This document shows, in pieces, positions 42,187-56,500 of a stretch of 64,000 bases of DNA. A program made the position numbers and the translations under genes. The stretch is from assembly GCF_000150275.1 (NCBI RefSeq), contig NW_002060951.1, positions 2,775 through 66,774 on the forward strand, read 5' to 3'. The DNA comes from Trichoplax adhaerens. Its lineage: Eukaryota; Animalia; Placozoa. The notes below the pieces were generated by a model, which did not search any database, was not told the origin of the DNA, and was given only the letters and a program-made list of their open reading frames with translations. Each line of letters begins with the position of its first letter. Positions within the stretch are counted from its first letter, which is position 1.

Positions 42187-45100
42187 ATGGTCGAGGTCCT
42201 GCGAGAAAAGCATCAACCATCATTCCATACTTTACAATCTACAAATATTGATTCTGCAAGTGATGTAGCAGAAATACAGAAATGTCTTCTTGCATGGTAC
42301 GATGCTAATAAAAGGGATCTACCGTGGAGGAGAATGGTAAAATCAACTGTACTTGTATACTTGTATATAGACATTTTCTAATAAGATTACCGGCTAAATA
42401 GAAGCCAGAAATCACTTTGGATCGCTATCCATAATCTAGCGTTTATTTCTCTTATCAGGCTACAGTAGAAGACATTGACAGAAGGGCATATTCAGGTACA
42501 GTAAATTGACTTCGAAGCAGTGACATTTACGTGAAGTAGAAAAAACAGCACAATATTATTCCCGGATAAATTGTGATGCCAATTAATTCTAAAATTAATC
42601 AGTTATCTCCAGTTGGAAAACATTGATTATGCTAATTATCGTTATTTTTTGACTCCTTTCATTATGTAGTTTGGGTATCCGAAATAATGTTGCAGCAGGT
42701 ACTTATGATTAAAACTGATTTATGAAAAACGCAGCATTAGCACTGTTATCTAAAGATTATTACTTTAACTGTGAGTTCAACGCAATAGAATAGGATAGCA
42801 TATCTCCTTCTATTATGCAATAATATACTGCCTTGTTTTATCAAAATACTCATTCTGAGATGTATCAAATAGTAATTAATCAATATCAAGTTAAGTATTT
42901 TCACTTAATTAATATCAGTATCCGTATTAATAAAGGCATATCTTGCACGCGATCAGAGCTCTAATCAAATTTATAAAACTAGCTAGAGTAAAATCAATTG
43001 ATGTGCTTATAGTTAATTAATATAATGAAACTGTGTGAGGTATTTGTTGCTCGTTAAATGCGGTATCATATTATCAACTGCGAAATAATTAAGTTCAACA
43101 ACTATACAGATCCAGTAGTATCCACATGCTATTCTATCGTACCAGTATATTACGCTTGTGATATCAACACATAGAGGAAGACCCTGTTACAGCTAGATCG
43201 CTGATAACGTTGCTTTATTTTATCCGCAGACGCAAGTTGCAACTGTTATTAGTTACTATAACAAGTGGATAAAGGTATTATATGATGTTTAAATCTAATC
43301 ACAATTAATTAATTATTATAGTTGTGCCGTTGATTTTCTAAGAAATAGTGACTACCAGTAATCCAAAGAATCATTTTAACCCTACAAATATCGAAATTTA
43401 AATTTTAATGTAGAAATGGCCAACAATCAAAGCCCTTAGTGAAGCAACCTTAGAGGTAGTTCTGTTAATCTACTGATTAATTTTTACGTAATTCCATGAT
43501 AACGTGTCTCATGAGTAAGATTGCATGAATGATCAACAGTTAGGCAATAAAAAAATGTAAATATCTTACCTACAGTATATATATATAATTATATATAATA
43601 TATGAGATAATAATGAAATATAAAAATGAAATATATTACTGCGTAGGAAGTCAACGAGTTATGGTCTGGTCTCGGATATTATTCACGAGCGCGGAGGCTT
43701 CACGAAGGTGTAATAAAGGTTACATTTTCTTAATTTGTCAAATATTCTGCTCAACCAGGATTTAAATCGCCTTACCAATGGCTGAAAGCTTACATTTAAA
43801 GGTATATTTCTATATTTCAGATAATGACCAAGTTTAATGGCCATATGCCACGGAATGCATCTGAGTTACATAAAGAAATTCCGGGTATAGGACGATATAC
43901 TGCAAGTTAGTGCCGTAATGATATGCACATACTATATCAAACGCTTATAGGTTCAGAAAATAACCAGTTTTTAACGCTAGAAGTATTCATTTTCATCAGG
44001 TGCTATTGCTTCGATATCATACGGTGAGGTAAGAATTGCGAAGTGGACGACAACAACTTTTCGTCATTATTAGTATTCTATCTTTGATAACGCATCCGTT
44101 TGTAATCCGTTAAAAGCTAATGCCCTGTATTCTCTAAATAAGGTAACTGGTGTCGTAGATGGTAATGTCATCCGTGTTTTATCAAGATTACGAGCTATTG
44201 GTGCTGAAAGTAACAGTAAAGTAGCTGTCGAAGCGATATGGTTTGTAACTTGAGAGTCGAGTGCTGTTTTTGTATACGTGAGACGAGTACGGTATAATAT
44301 TAATGATACGTTACTGGGCCTAATCAGGACTTTAGCTAATATACTAGTCAACAAAAGTCGTCCTGGAGATCATAATCAGGCTAGTAAACTTAGTTACACT
44401 TCGCTAATACTGTTTTGATCTAGTTTTATTTAATTCTCTTCATTACATACGTTGCAGTGACCTTTTAGTGAGATTAATTCTGGTTTAACTTTATTTTTCA
44501 TGGTTTGTAATTACAACGCAATACAGGCTGTCATGGAACTGGGTTCGACGGTATGCACTCCAAGAAATCCGAACTGCAGTAGTTGTCCAATTAATGATTA
44601 CTGCTTGGCTTTCAAACAAGTAATCAGAAGTGCACTTCAGAATTCTAATTGCTGTGACTCCTTAGCCAGAATGCAATTATTTAACGTTCTAGGTTAACCG
44701 ACATAAGACTATAGAAACAAAATTAACGAAACGAAGTAATAGTGTTCGAAAAGATTTAATAAATAATATCCAAGATATTGAAGAAGGTGAAAGCAAATTT
44801 GTATACTTAATCGATTAATGTTTTACTGTTTGAAATAAACTGTAATTGCAATTTAATCTTTTTTCTTTGAAATTGTTGTAGCTCCTTGTGTGTTATGCTT
44901 ACCAATTACTTATAAATGGGATCCAAAGTAAGTACTGTTGATATAGCAACTGATTTATAGTAAAAATACTGTATAAGACAGCTGTTTTTCCCCAATTGTT
45001 TTACCATTAATACGTTCGATCTAGCTTAGGAGTATTAAATTATCCCCAAAAGCAAGCTAAGAAACCTTCCAAAGAAGAAACGGTAAAACTACAAGTGCAA

Positions 45101-46076
45101 CAGAATATTCGCATCCCATAGCATATCATTTTAATTATATTATTACAAAATGACAATATTTTAATTGATTTTTAAGTGCAACTAAATCTATTATTATAGT
45201 TTTTTGTCTGCATAGTGCGGCAGTTACTTTATCAAGATTCAAATACTCCCTCATACCGGTTCTTGTTGACCCAGAGACCAAACACAGGTACACATATATT
45301 AAATTAAGTAGATCTATCTCCTCCATGTTATTAATTTTCATGACAAAATTTTCTCTTACAAGGATTATTGGCAGGAATGTGGCAATTTCCTTTAGTAGGG
45401 GTAGATAAAGAATGGAGCCCTAAGAAGCAGAGGGATACGATGTTGATTTATTTACATGATGAATTGGAGATTGCCACTGAAATGATACAGCATCATGGTC
45501 GAGATATATGTGAAGTATGGTGATATACGGCACTTAAGAATTGATTATTACTACAGTATTGTAGAAGTTATTTAAATTTATCATTGTTATTCTTTTATTA
45601 CTCCAAAATTAATTAGGTTCCCCACATATTTTCTCATCTCCGCCATAATTATAAAGTTGACTACATAGATATCAGTCCGGATATCAGGTATGAAATTTGG
45701 ATTAACTTTAATCATAAACATATCCTATTTGATAATTATTGGTTGTTATATTATAGATTAAAATCATCCTCTACTAGTGGTCTATCCGTTAAATGGGTGA
45801 CAGATAAGGAACTCAAAAAGTCTGCAATTACTACTGTTATAAGAAAGGTTAAATGGGTTATGTTGGCTGTGCATACTGTAGTTACGCTTAGTAATACTCT
45901 CTATTACGTGCGTACCTTATTCATTACATTGATTCTATATCTATTATATATAGATTTTTCAAAAATTTGAAAACCACCAAAGTACTAAAGAACAGAAAAA
46001 ATCTATTACGAAAAGATCTAAAAATAATAAAGACAGCTGCAGCAACCAAACGTCATTACTATCGTATTGGAAATAA
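42187..46076 (+). CDS. MUTYH: Adenine DNA glycosylase MutY homolog
   Basis: KRDLPWRR, VWVSEIMLQQTQVATV, WSGLGYYSRARRL, HhH PGIGRYTA, VVDGNVIRVLSRL, 4Fe-4S CTPRNPNCSSCPINDYC, GLLAGMWQFP, HIFSH, C-terminal PIP-box QTSLLSYW*. Confidence 0.97.
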
Positions 46077-46649
46077 TAGCTCATTTCATCAATTATGACA
46101 GATTGAAACATGTTTCGTTTGCAAAGATAGCACTGTTTGATTGCCCTTCAAAATGATTTTTAATACAGTACAGTAATAACAGTTACGAATTAAAGGTGTT
46201 GACATCCATCTTAGCATTGAGCTTACATGAGTCTATTTCAGGAATTTGCATTAGTAATTAAAAACAAGTAAATTTGTATAAAATTAGTATAGTCACTCAA
46301 TCTGCTATGCTCACTTTGATTTTATGATTAAAGATACTTTTCAATCAGTATTTTATCGAAATGATACAAAGTCATATTCTCTTACTTCTTTCAACGACCT
46401 AATCACAATATGATCGTATCACATGTCTTAAAGCATTATACAAGCTTTTTGTAACCACGATCAAAGCTTTTTACATTAATAAAACTATAAAACTATTATA
46501 TACCGTAACATCCAAAGTCTGTTATTTACATTGTCATCATTATATATATAATGAAATAATAATAATACTAATAGATATAGATCATAAATTGATGGGATTA
46601 GTAAAAGTAATCAAGATAATAAGTTCACGCCTAACATGTTACACTCTAA

Positions 46650-47532
46650 CTAGCTATCGATTTCGTAACGGATATTTCGTAAGATTTCATTAATACGGAT
46701 TATAATTTGGCCTTGCCTATCGAAATAGAACACAATAAATCATCAGCGTATAGTTAACATGCATTTACTGTATGAGGACATCCTATGATAATAATTATCA
46801 TCGTATTCTTACTCCTTTCTTAATTCGCGAACTTGAAGTTCATAATCTTGGTCTGGATGATCAATGACATCTTGTTTAGCGCATTGCAGCTTGGTAGTCT
46901 AAAATCAGATTTTAAATCATTTATGCATTGAAATTGTTAGATTAATTACTACTTTTATTATCTTTTATTATGGTGTTAACAACATTACTGCGATGGTGTT
47001 GCACACTCATAAAAGGAGTATAATGTTAATCTGACCAATTGAAGTTTATCTTTCTCGCCAGCTTGTATATCTTTCATTAGTTCTGCAACAGCTTTGGTCT
47101 TTTCATTTATTTCTAATTTAGCAATGATAGCAAGGATTTGTTTGGAAATGGATGCAAATTGTTCAGTAATTTTTGCGACATGTTGTCGATAAGTTTGAAA
47201 ATCATAGTCTGGAGCCGTTTGTAAATAGGTTTTATGGGCACTGTAAAAACGTACATAAAATTTAATTTCTGAGAAACAAATATGTACACGTACTCAGTTA
47301 TTTGAGCTCGTCTAACAACAAACATAAATATAAAATCCTAGTCTATAATTTCCCGTAAACTTCACTATTTTTAATATAAGTTATCCACTCTACAGAATTT
47401 AATTGGTAAGTACTTCAGCAAGATAGACAACAGCTTGGGTAGACTTTACCTTTCAAGTGTGCTGTAGGCAATAGCTCTATTTTGCTGGAGTTCCAAAAAT
47501 TGATTTACGAGAGCTTCACAACTTTCACTTGC
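46650..47532 (-). CDS. REX1BD: Required for excision 1-B domain protein (C19orf60 homolog); start codon not located
   Basis: Spliced ASESCEALVNQFLELQQNRAIAYSTLE|SAHKTYLQTAPDYDFQTYRQHVAKITEQFASISKQIL..IQAGEKDKLQL|TTKLQCAKQD..ELRK|EQGQIIIRINEILRNIRYEIDS*. It resembles the remembered human pattern (H.AYL...P.YDF..YR..V..VT..F). Confidence 0.75.
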
Positions 47533-48054
47533 CTAAGAATTTAAAAAGAAAACTAAGTATGTAAGAATAGATGTCGATTATGATGTGTGTACTAAATTCT
47601 ACCGTTATAAATCTAAAGCTCAATTTCTACCCTACAGCACTTGTGTGCTACGTGAATTGCGGCTTGATTCGACTTATGTTATTTGCCCCGCTTATATAGC
47701 CTCTAACATGCAGTGAGCAGGTTCTCGCATTGTGTGCAAATATCCTAAACTATAAAAATCACTCCGTATTGATGTACGTAAAGTTGGCTAAAAATACGAT
47801 GAGTTTATCCTGATAAGCAGTCGCTTACGATTCAGTATGAAATTAATAAAACGGATGAACAGGTATTACGACAATTTTTATCTACTATGAGCTATCAACA
47901 ACAAAAATGCTCCAAAACTCTTGAGAAAGAGCTGGAATCAGAAACCCAAATTTTCATCTATAGGTGAGTGATGATAAGCTGTGAATCACAGAGTACACTG
48001 TATTGATCGGCGTAAACTATACATATACTATGAACACCGCGAGTTTATCTCTAT

Positions 48055-48404
48055 CCATTATTTATTGATATTCCATGCAAAATATAAAAATAGATGAATA
48101 TTATAGAAATTTTAGCGCTCCTTGAGCGATTAATGATGTACACTAGTGCCGCGCTTTTAAGATAGGCTGAGTGTGATGAGCATCATGAACTAAATCAATC
48201 GTCGCTTGTGGCGTAAAATACGTCCATGCTATGCATGCTAAGACCTTATCCCGATCAATTATTTAATATATTTCATGCAAAATACGAAAGTAGATGGATA
48301 TTATAGAGATTTTAACCCTCCATGAGCGATTAATGATGTAATACTAGGAATAATATGCGTTTAAAATAGGTTGAGTATGAAGAGCTTAATGAATCGTTGC
48401 TTGC
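48055..48404. repeat. Imperfect ~150-bp direct repeat, ~200-bp period
   Basis: catgcaaaata..agatg.atattataga.atttt..ctcc.tgagcgattaatgatgta.actag shared by ~48055-48208 and ~48256-48404. Confidence 0.85.
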
Positions 48405-48674
48405 AACCAGTTCTCCATTACTAGAGCTGATACAGTTAGAAAATATCGGAGCGTAGCCACACCAAACGAGTTTTCAAAGCACAAGTCATGGAAGTAACCC
48501 CTTAACAATCACGATGATGGCTGGAATGGAATTACGACTAGCTTATTAGGTAATAAATCATTGGAACTAACCATAGCTAATTTTCATCTGCTATTAACCG
48601 AAGAGGACAGGGTCAGGTCTGGAAGGAAATGTTGTATCTTGCAGGCGAACTCTTTCTGTTCATGGTCATTAGCT

Positions 48675-48800
48675 CACCATACTGTACAGTGTACTGTACA
48701 GTACAGTATGATGATGTAAAAGAGACCGACCAAGTTCAGTATTGTACTACATCACAATACATACTGAACTGCATTCGACACCGTACAGTATGTACTGTAC
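48675..48800. repeat. GTAC-centred 5-mer island upstream of REX1BD
   Basis: atactgtacagtgtactgtacagtacagta...gtacagtatgtactgtacag. Confidence 0.75.
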
Positions 48801-50197
48801 AGCGAAATTCGGCCACTGACCTCCACTAGTGATTGCAGTGGTATAAAATAAAATAAATAAAATTTTAAATTTTATTTCATTTTTCTCCAGTATAAATTAA
48901 TGTACCATAAATATAACGATTATTCAATAGAAGCTGCTGTCTACAGCTTGGCCTACGACTTGACTCCAAAAATTAGCAATAATATGCCCTCTACCCGGTG
49001 GACCAGGAGTAGTTATGCCATAGTAAGCCCTATTAACATAACACAGTTAAGCCAATGTGGCAATCGAACTGACTAGGTCTTTGCATTTACTGTAGTAAGA
49101 AGAAACCGTCTAACGGTTAAAGTATACATCTCCAGTCTTATGGAATCCGTGTCTGAACTGTATCATTAGTCGGAATTACTATGGCATAGTCAAAGCTTCT
49201 ATGTCGGGTCCTAACAGAATATGATTGTACATTATATCATACTGTAAACGAAGTATCTTATCCGAGTAAGGATTTGAGTAATAAGGTTTATTTAGAGTCT
49301 ATGCTGAGTAATAGATAGTATACAATGTTGTAGATCTCCAGATTCAGGACTTACTTTTAGAAAACTAGCGAATTTTCTTACATACTCTACTAGTTTACAT
49401 CGCGAGGATCGTAAACAACAACAATCGTAGCCGATCTTAATTCTAGAATATAATAACACTAAGTTACTTCTTTACACACTGTACAGTATACTACTTATGC
49501 GAGTGTTGTACCAGATCTTGAAATTTTTTTGTAGAAGGGATACAATGAATTTCATGTCTTTCGTTATGATGAAGTACATAGATTTTCGTAATGGCAGATT
49601 TTAAAGATGAAAGTCATACTGTATTAGTATAAGCATCTCCTTGCACTATATATAATGATACAAATAAATAGACTTGCAAGGGTTGGACAATAATTCCGGA
49701 ATTGGATAACTTCAAGATTTATCCATAAATTATAATGCGTAATCAGTTCATTAATACCCTTACACAACGGTGTATGTGCAACCGTGTATCCTAGAACCAC
49801 CGTAATGTACTGTAGTCTAGAAGTGCTGCAAAAGAGAATATTACAGTCTCTGCAGGCAGCAACACAGGCACCAAAAATGGCGTGGATGAGTTTAGATTGG
49901 ATGAAATCTATTCCTACCACACCGTCATAGAATAGAAAATACTATACTGTAATATTGCATCTCCTTAACCAAAAATAGAATCAGCTGACCTGATCGAGCA
50001 TGACATAAGCAGTCTTATTGATCGACTCTTGTGCAATATTTTATAGTTTTGAAATAGTCAACAAAGGACCCTATACGAGCATTAGTCTACAGTAAGGAGG
50101 ACAGTAGCATCTTTCTTGACAAGAAATTTAAATTTAATCGAGCGAATTGGATCCGTCATGAATGCTACAGTACACTTTATATAAATAGGATAACGGG

Positions 50198-50760
50198 CTA
50201 CCAGATATCTCGCATGAGCAGTACTAATAACATCTCATGCAGTCCAAATACTAATGATATATCACTAAACGGCTGATATACTGTAAGTGAGAGCCGTACT
50301 ATCGCATCAGCTATTTTGACCAAGAGAGTAAAGATATAGCTGAAGTCGTGAAATCGGCCATCAATGGTGCAACATAAATAGGAGAACGCGTATAAACATA
50401 CCCTATACACACAAAATGGATAACTAGCAAAAGGTACAATGTACAGTATAATTACGGTAATGATGGCGTATCCGATTGACTTGTTATATCGACTGTATCG
50501 CATCACTAAATTAAATTAACATTCAAAATGAAGAGTTTGAACATATGTGCTAAGTGATCTCTTCTATAGCGGAAAAAAATAGATTGAAATCCATGGCTTT
50601 GTATTCCGATCATCATCCAAACTGCACGAGTCTTATTATTAACATCATTTGGCCAATGCCAAATACAGTAGTTATACAATCCTGTTAAGTAAGTTGAATC
50701 ATACACGTGCTGTATTTCTTTTGCACAACTTTACCACCATCAACGTATGACCGGCTTCAG
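50198..50760 (-). pseudogene. Possible degenerate GPCR fragment
   Basis: Broken frames with ECL2-like LYNYCIWHWPND and TM6-like YAIITVIILYIVPFASYP; no intact ORF. Confidence 0.25.
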
Positions 50761-51951
50761 TTTACGTTAGAACCAGTCTAAATTCTGGTTTAATGAACAA
50801 CATTGCATTTGAGTAAGCCTACGATGGCTTGAATAATGACAATTAATTAATCATCGTATTCGTTGTCAGACGGTAACACCATGAATAAAATGGTATAACA
50901 GTAATGAACATACTCGCACAACCTACGCTATTGACTATGAAAAAGAATAGCAGATGTGAGTAAGTTATTTTCTGACTAAGGTAAATAGTAGGCACAGTAA
51001 CAGCCGGGATAACATACGTTTAATCAATGACTTCTTTAATATATCTATTCAACATATCAACTTAAATATCAACTACGGTATCTTGATTGAAAGATAAGCA
51101 TCACCTTGGACGTAGAGACTATACTACCATCACTGACTACCAGGTTTATCTAACTATTTCATAATAATAAATTTTTATGAAATATCTCTTACCAGTCATC
51201 CAAAGTTGAAGCTTACATATTTTTAATAATATTATGTATGCACAGACGTAAGCTGATTATTGCGTTATAAAGAGAATCAATTAGTTTTTTAAATCAAATT
51301 TACTGTTACCTTTATTTCTTACTACTCCATAACTCACTTGTAAATACTAGGCGATATTGGAATTTTCTGTTAGTGTTTAAAATCACGACTTAAATGAAAG
51401 CTAATATAGCTTCCTATTTCAGTCATAACATTTAATTTAAGAGACTAGCACCGGGGCATTTGTGTGACTTTGGATTTAACTATATATAAGCTTGATAATT
51501 GATTTTTAACCTCAGTTTCTTTGGGACTAACGTAGAGTACACCGGTACTAACGTACCATATCTAGTAATAAATAAAATCCTTAACCTAAATCGCTATCGT
51601 CTGATTCTATTCAAGTATTGGAATAGGTTATTTTCTTTATAGAATTTCTCTTGAAGATAGTCGGAGATTAAGTAGAGTAGATAGACCAGTTTAGGCCTGA
51701 TCACGAAAGCTGTTTTGTGAGACTACGTTACTTTGAGAACTCTTACTTGCAGAGTAGAGTCGTTTAACGAAATAATTCTTCATATCACTTGTATACATTA
51801 TCATAAGACATTTCTTGAAATTTTTAAATGTCTACTTAAATTCATTTCAATTTAAATCACGCGTACAAATATCATTGGCTAGATGTTGAATTAATTCGAT
51901 CTATACTCGCGGTATTCAAAAAAATTTATAACCAACGCTAAAGGAGACAAG

Positions 51952-53170
51952 ATGATGATCGAACAAGATACTCAAGATAACTTAATAGAGGAGGCGAAAC
52001 CAATAATCAATGAATCGGATGATGACCGATACGATTTCTATCAGTGTATTAAAGTCTGTAAGTATTTCTACTCTTTATCCATGTCATGTAAAATCTTTGA
52101 AATGTCTTCATCAGTAATATTCGCTAACGCAGTAAATCATATTTTTAATCCCAAATTAGTTGATAATGGTTGTGTCTCCTATAAACAGTCCCACTGCTAA
52201 TACCAATGGCAAGAGAGGCATAAAATCTATATCAGTAGTGTAGTTTCAATTAGTACTCAAACAATTTAGTAGCAGCCTTTTAGAATATATGCCCGTATCA
52301 AATCGGAATTTAAAATTTCAGTTTTTTCAGTTACATGCTACAGAAATGACTATTGATGATTAAAATCAAGGAACTTTAAGGTAGTATTTCGTCGATAATG
52401 CAGTACTTAAAATTGGAAATGATTAGATATTCATGTCTTACAGTTATTAGCGTAGATTCAAATTTATAATATGATAATCTCTTATTGATTTATGAACAGT
52501 TACAGTTATGAATGTGGAGTTATTTTTTCTGATCTGTGGTAGTAATTACATAATCTAATGCAAACATCCTATCTAAAATTGATTAATGCGTACACTATAG
52601 TCGTAACGTAGAACAGGATCTTCTCATCTTACATGCAGATATGCAGTTATTTATTCAGATAATTGCACGCCATATTTAATCCACAGAAATATTTATTACA
52701 TTATTCTTCTTAGCAAATTGCCAATTAAAGCTCTTATAAGAGTCCGTGAAGTTAATATTATTCTGATATAAACGTAAATATTTCGGTGCAACCCCTAGCT
52801 CCAAATAATGTCTTTAAAGGTTCCTTGATATTAAGGCATACAACATTCGTTCTGAAATACTTCTAGATGCATATTCACTATGCTGCTTTGTTGGTTCATC
52901 TATTGGAGGTAGGACGATTACTTTTCATCTAAATTAAAGTTAAATTGCTGGTATATCTCGATTTATACAGTATTACATTATAAAATATCGGTTGTTACCT
53001 GTAGTAAATGCGTATACACTAAATTTAAAATTTCTTCTAATTCTATCCGTATTTGCTAGCCTATCAGGAATAGAATAATTCTTGTTTCTATATCTATGAA
53101 GGAATTAATATACATATTACGATTAGCAACTGTAGTCAATTAGCCATAGCTACTATCTTTATCAGTAGGT
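51952..53170 (+). pseudogene. Degenerate exons of a membrane protein, possibly MFS transporter-like
   Basis: ATG exon 51952-52057 with gtaagt donor; exon AYNIRSEILLDAYSLCCFVGSSIGG (~52836-52908) resembles MFS TM2. I could not join the exons in frame. Confidence 0.3.
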
Positions 53171-53548
53171 ATTGGCGAATGTACGCGTATTAGTGATAAC
53201 ATGATTATTATTTCATTATCTACGCGAAAATTTTGTATCCTATTACCACTAATAAATATTTATTTTCATAATGAGCTCTTAAATAATGCAACACAAGTTG
53301 AAATTTAAATTTCACCAAAATACATCTGTAGTACATTACCGCATGGATGTTAATTTTGGTATATATTAAGATTTCTAAACTTCTCTACACCTATGTGTTT
53401 ATATATTGTACAAACTCATCTATTAAGTGAGCATCAATGTTATTAGAGAACTTACCTATACGAAGCTTAATACGCGTGTCACGCGTAATTTAATGCAATA
53501 TAGTTCAATTATCTTAGTTCTATCTGTATCAGCATTGACCGCTTATAG

Positions 53549-56500
53549 TACGATATAGAGAAGAAGCCAGAGTATAAAATTATTACACGTTTGTTAAGGA
53601 CACTGTTTAAATTTGTAATTAAAGCTTTACCAACACTTTTATCGCGCTCTGGACCATTTCCACTGATGGTGAATATTATTATTGCCACGATAATGCAGGT
53701 ACAAATATATGATACCTTCAACTTCGATGCTTTTTATCGAAGAGCAAATATCCAAACTTAAAAGTCTATATCCATCCATAATTAAAGAACTTTCCCGTAT
53801 TATATAATTTTTGAAATAAATATTCTTGCATTCACATTGATAGATATACAGTAGTAATGGCCTATTATACTTTAAATTTGTTCCTTTAATTAATACGATA
53901 TCCATCACATTTTGTGCCTTTCTTAAATCGATATTAAAAGACTACTGGCATATGAAACTTTTAAACTTATTATGTTATAATAGTATACATTCAAGTTTAT
54001 CTTACGTACATCTCAGGGAACTCTGGTATTCATTTTTACAACGATACTTCAACAAGCTCGGATTTTATTGCTTGTTCGAGGAATTAAGAAATTACCTAGC
54101 AAAGTTGAAACAGGAAAGGTACATAAAATCATTTTCTTGACATTGATCCTTGACTTAATTACTACTAACTAAAAGTAATTTACTACTATTTTCAGTCCAG
54201 TATTGGCTACTAAAATATAAATTTTTTGCTGCATCAGAATCACACTGTAGTTCTGTCTAAACTTATTTTTTATCATGAAATAAGGATTAAGATTTGCTAA
54301 AACACTTCTGCATTCACTAACTGATTATTAATCGCTCGAAATAGTATAATTTAGATATTTTATGCATATAACCTCTATCTTTCTATCAATGATCACAAAT
54401 TTAATCCTCCTTAGCTACAATTTGGAATTTTAGCTTGATAAGTCGATATAATCGTACTTCAGCCACCTTTGATATTGCAGTGCTATTCGTAAGCAAATAT
54501 TGTCCAGTAGCTACACACTACAGGGGGAAGATTAGAAACGAAGTAACATTTGCCATACTATAATGTTCGAATATAAGTATGCAGTATTGTGTTAGGACAT
54601 CCCATTTGGCTCGATCTTCCCACCTCTAGTTTATTGATGTTATTATGAAGGACGAAAACATATAGTTGGCAATCTACGGGAAAGAATGAGAATAATAACA
54701 CAACCCGATTAAATAACTCATTACCCCTGGTAACACAACGTATCTTATACTTGCAATTGTCATCTATTGATCACATGCCGGATTTAAAATGCAGCTCTTT
54801 CGTAATTCTTCCACATAATTGCTCGTTGTTATAGATTATTACTAATTATAAATTATCCTCGTTAACTATCTACTATAGATGGAGCTAGATGAACTAGATT
54901 CATTATCACCCAAAGAAGCCCAAGTTCAGGATGAAATGCAAGACGAAATTCAAATTGCTGACGATAAAATTGCAGCTGATAGTTTTGCCGTTAATATTAA
55001 TTCCATTGTACATTTATTTCTTCCAATGATTTGTGAAATTATCTATATTTTCTCATTTTACTTTCATTTGTAAGTTTTTTAAAAGATAGAAGTAACATTT
55101 CAATTTCTAATACACACACACACTGTAGCAATCCTTCTAATAGTGTCTTAAAACATTCAATTTAGGCGTATAAAATACTTCATAAAATTTTACTTTTGAA
55201 GTTTCTCACTATCCTGCCTATTTTGTCATTATTTTCCTTTTAGCTTTGTAGTTTTGATTGGATTAGGATTAGCATCATCAGAAGCTATAGCACAAGTCAT
55301 TGGTGTTAAGTATGTCCAAAAATTTATTGCTACAATATCTAATACTATCCATCTGAAATTTTTTTCAGATGAGGTCCGTGAAATATACAAATTTTCTATT
55401 AAAATAAAATATTGATGTATCTTACACCATTATAGCTATATAAATGTTATTCCATTCAACTTCTGGATCTTGTCCTTCATATTAATGCTCGCTCATGATA
55501 TGTTTGAGAAATCTCTACCAGTGCTCGCATTTATTAAATATGTTTTGATTATCATTATGGTAAGCCATAATCTGTCGATAAGTACGGTAATACTTATACA
55601 AATTTTCATCAAGCTAATCTTAAACTATCATAGGTCGTTATTTATGAATGTATATGTGTACTATATTATTAGTATGGTGAATCAATTCTAATTTTATTTT
55701 GTATAGTTATTGTCGAGACATGTATTTATTATGCGTTCTTTGTATATGTGATAATAGAAGATATGATCAGCTATAGCTAAAGAGATATTCTTATTTTCGT
55801 GAAATCGATAAAAAATTAGAGTAACTCGAATAGGATTTATTACTACGTATATTTTTACTGTAAACACGATAACTTAAAATGATTTTCTTGTAGAGATATT
55901 CAATTTATTGCCACTGAGTATTTCGATATCCTAACTGTAATAATTGCTGCTAATAGATTATTGCCACAGCATGCCTTAGCGTAACAACACCAACAGTTCC
56001 TAACAATAATTTTCAATACATCACTTCCTCTTACCTCTATTTAACATTTACTCTAGGTATGTCTTTTTATTTAGCTTAATACGACGGTCTTTATTCTTTA
56101 TTTATAAATTTTAAGCAACTTTACCATAGTAATACATTAAATTCTTATCATGCGTTATTGAAGTGCATATTAATACACACTTAACCTTCGCCGAAAATAA
56201 TTAGGTGGTTGGCCAAATTATATGGTAGAGCCATTCACAATGATTCGTATGAAGAAGAAGAAAGAGGTGAAATTTCTGTAAACCTGAATAAAATCTATTT
56301 ACCACGATTGTAGATATAAAACTATGAAATTGCAATAATTAAATTCAACTAGGCTACACTAACGATTAATTAACATAGGCTATCATCCGATACATTGCTG
56401 CTTATTATGCTACTAACAGTCATTTAAATTATCATAGCAGTACTCTTTTGTTTTATACACTAATTTTTGGTAAAATATAACATCAATCGTATACTCCTCA

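Noticed and set aside
47113-47325. 70-aa minus-strand ORF
   Set aside because: Wrong frame of a REX1BD exon.
53471-53487. Short palindrome tacgcgtg-t-cacgcgta
   Set aside because: Single 8-bp stem with no context; compatible with chance.
56379-56470. Exon-like segment AIIRYIAAYYATNSH... in the permease gene
   Set aside because: The flanking exons join in frame without it, and its inclusion shifts the frame of the next exon.
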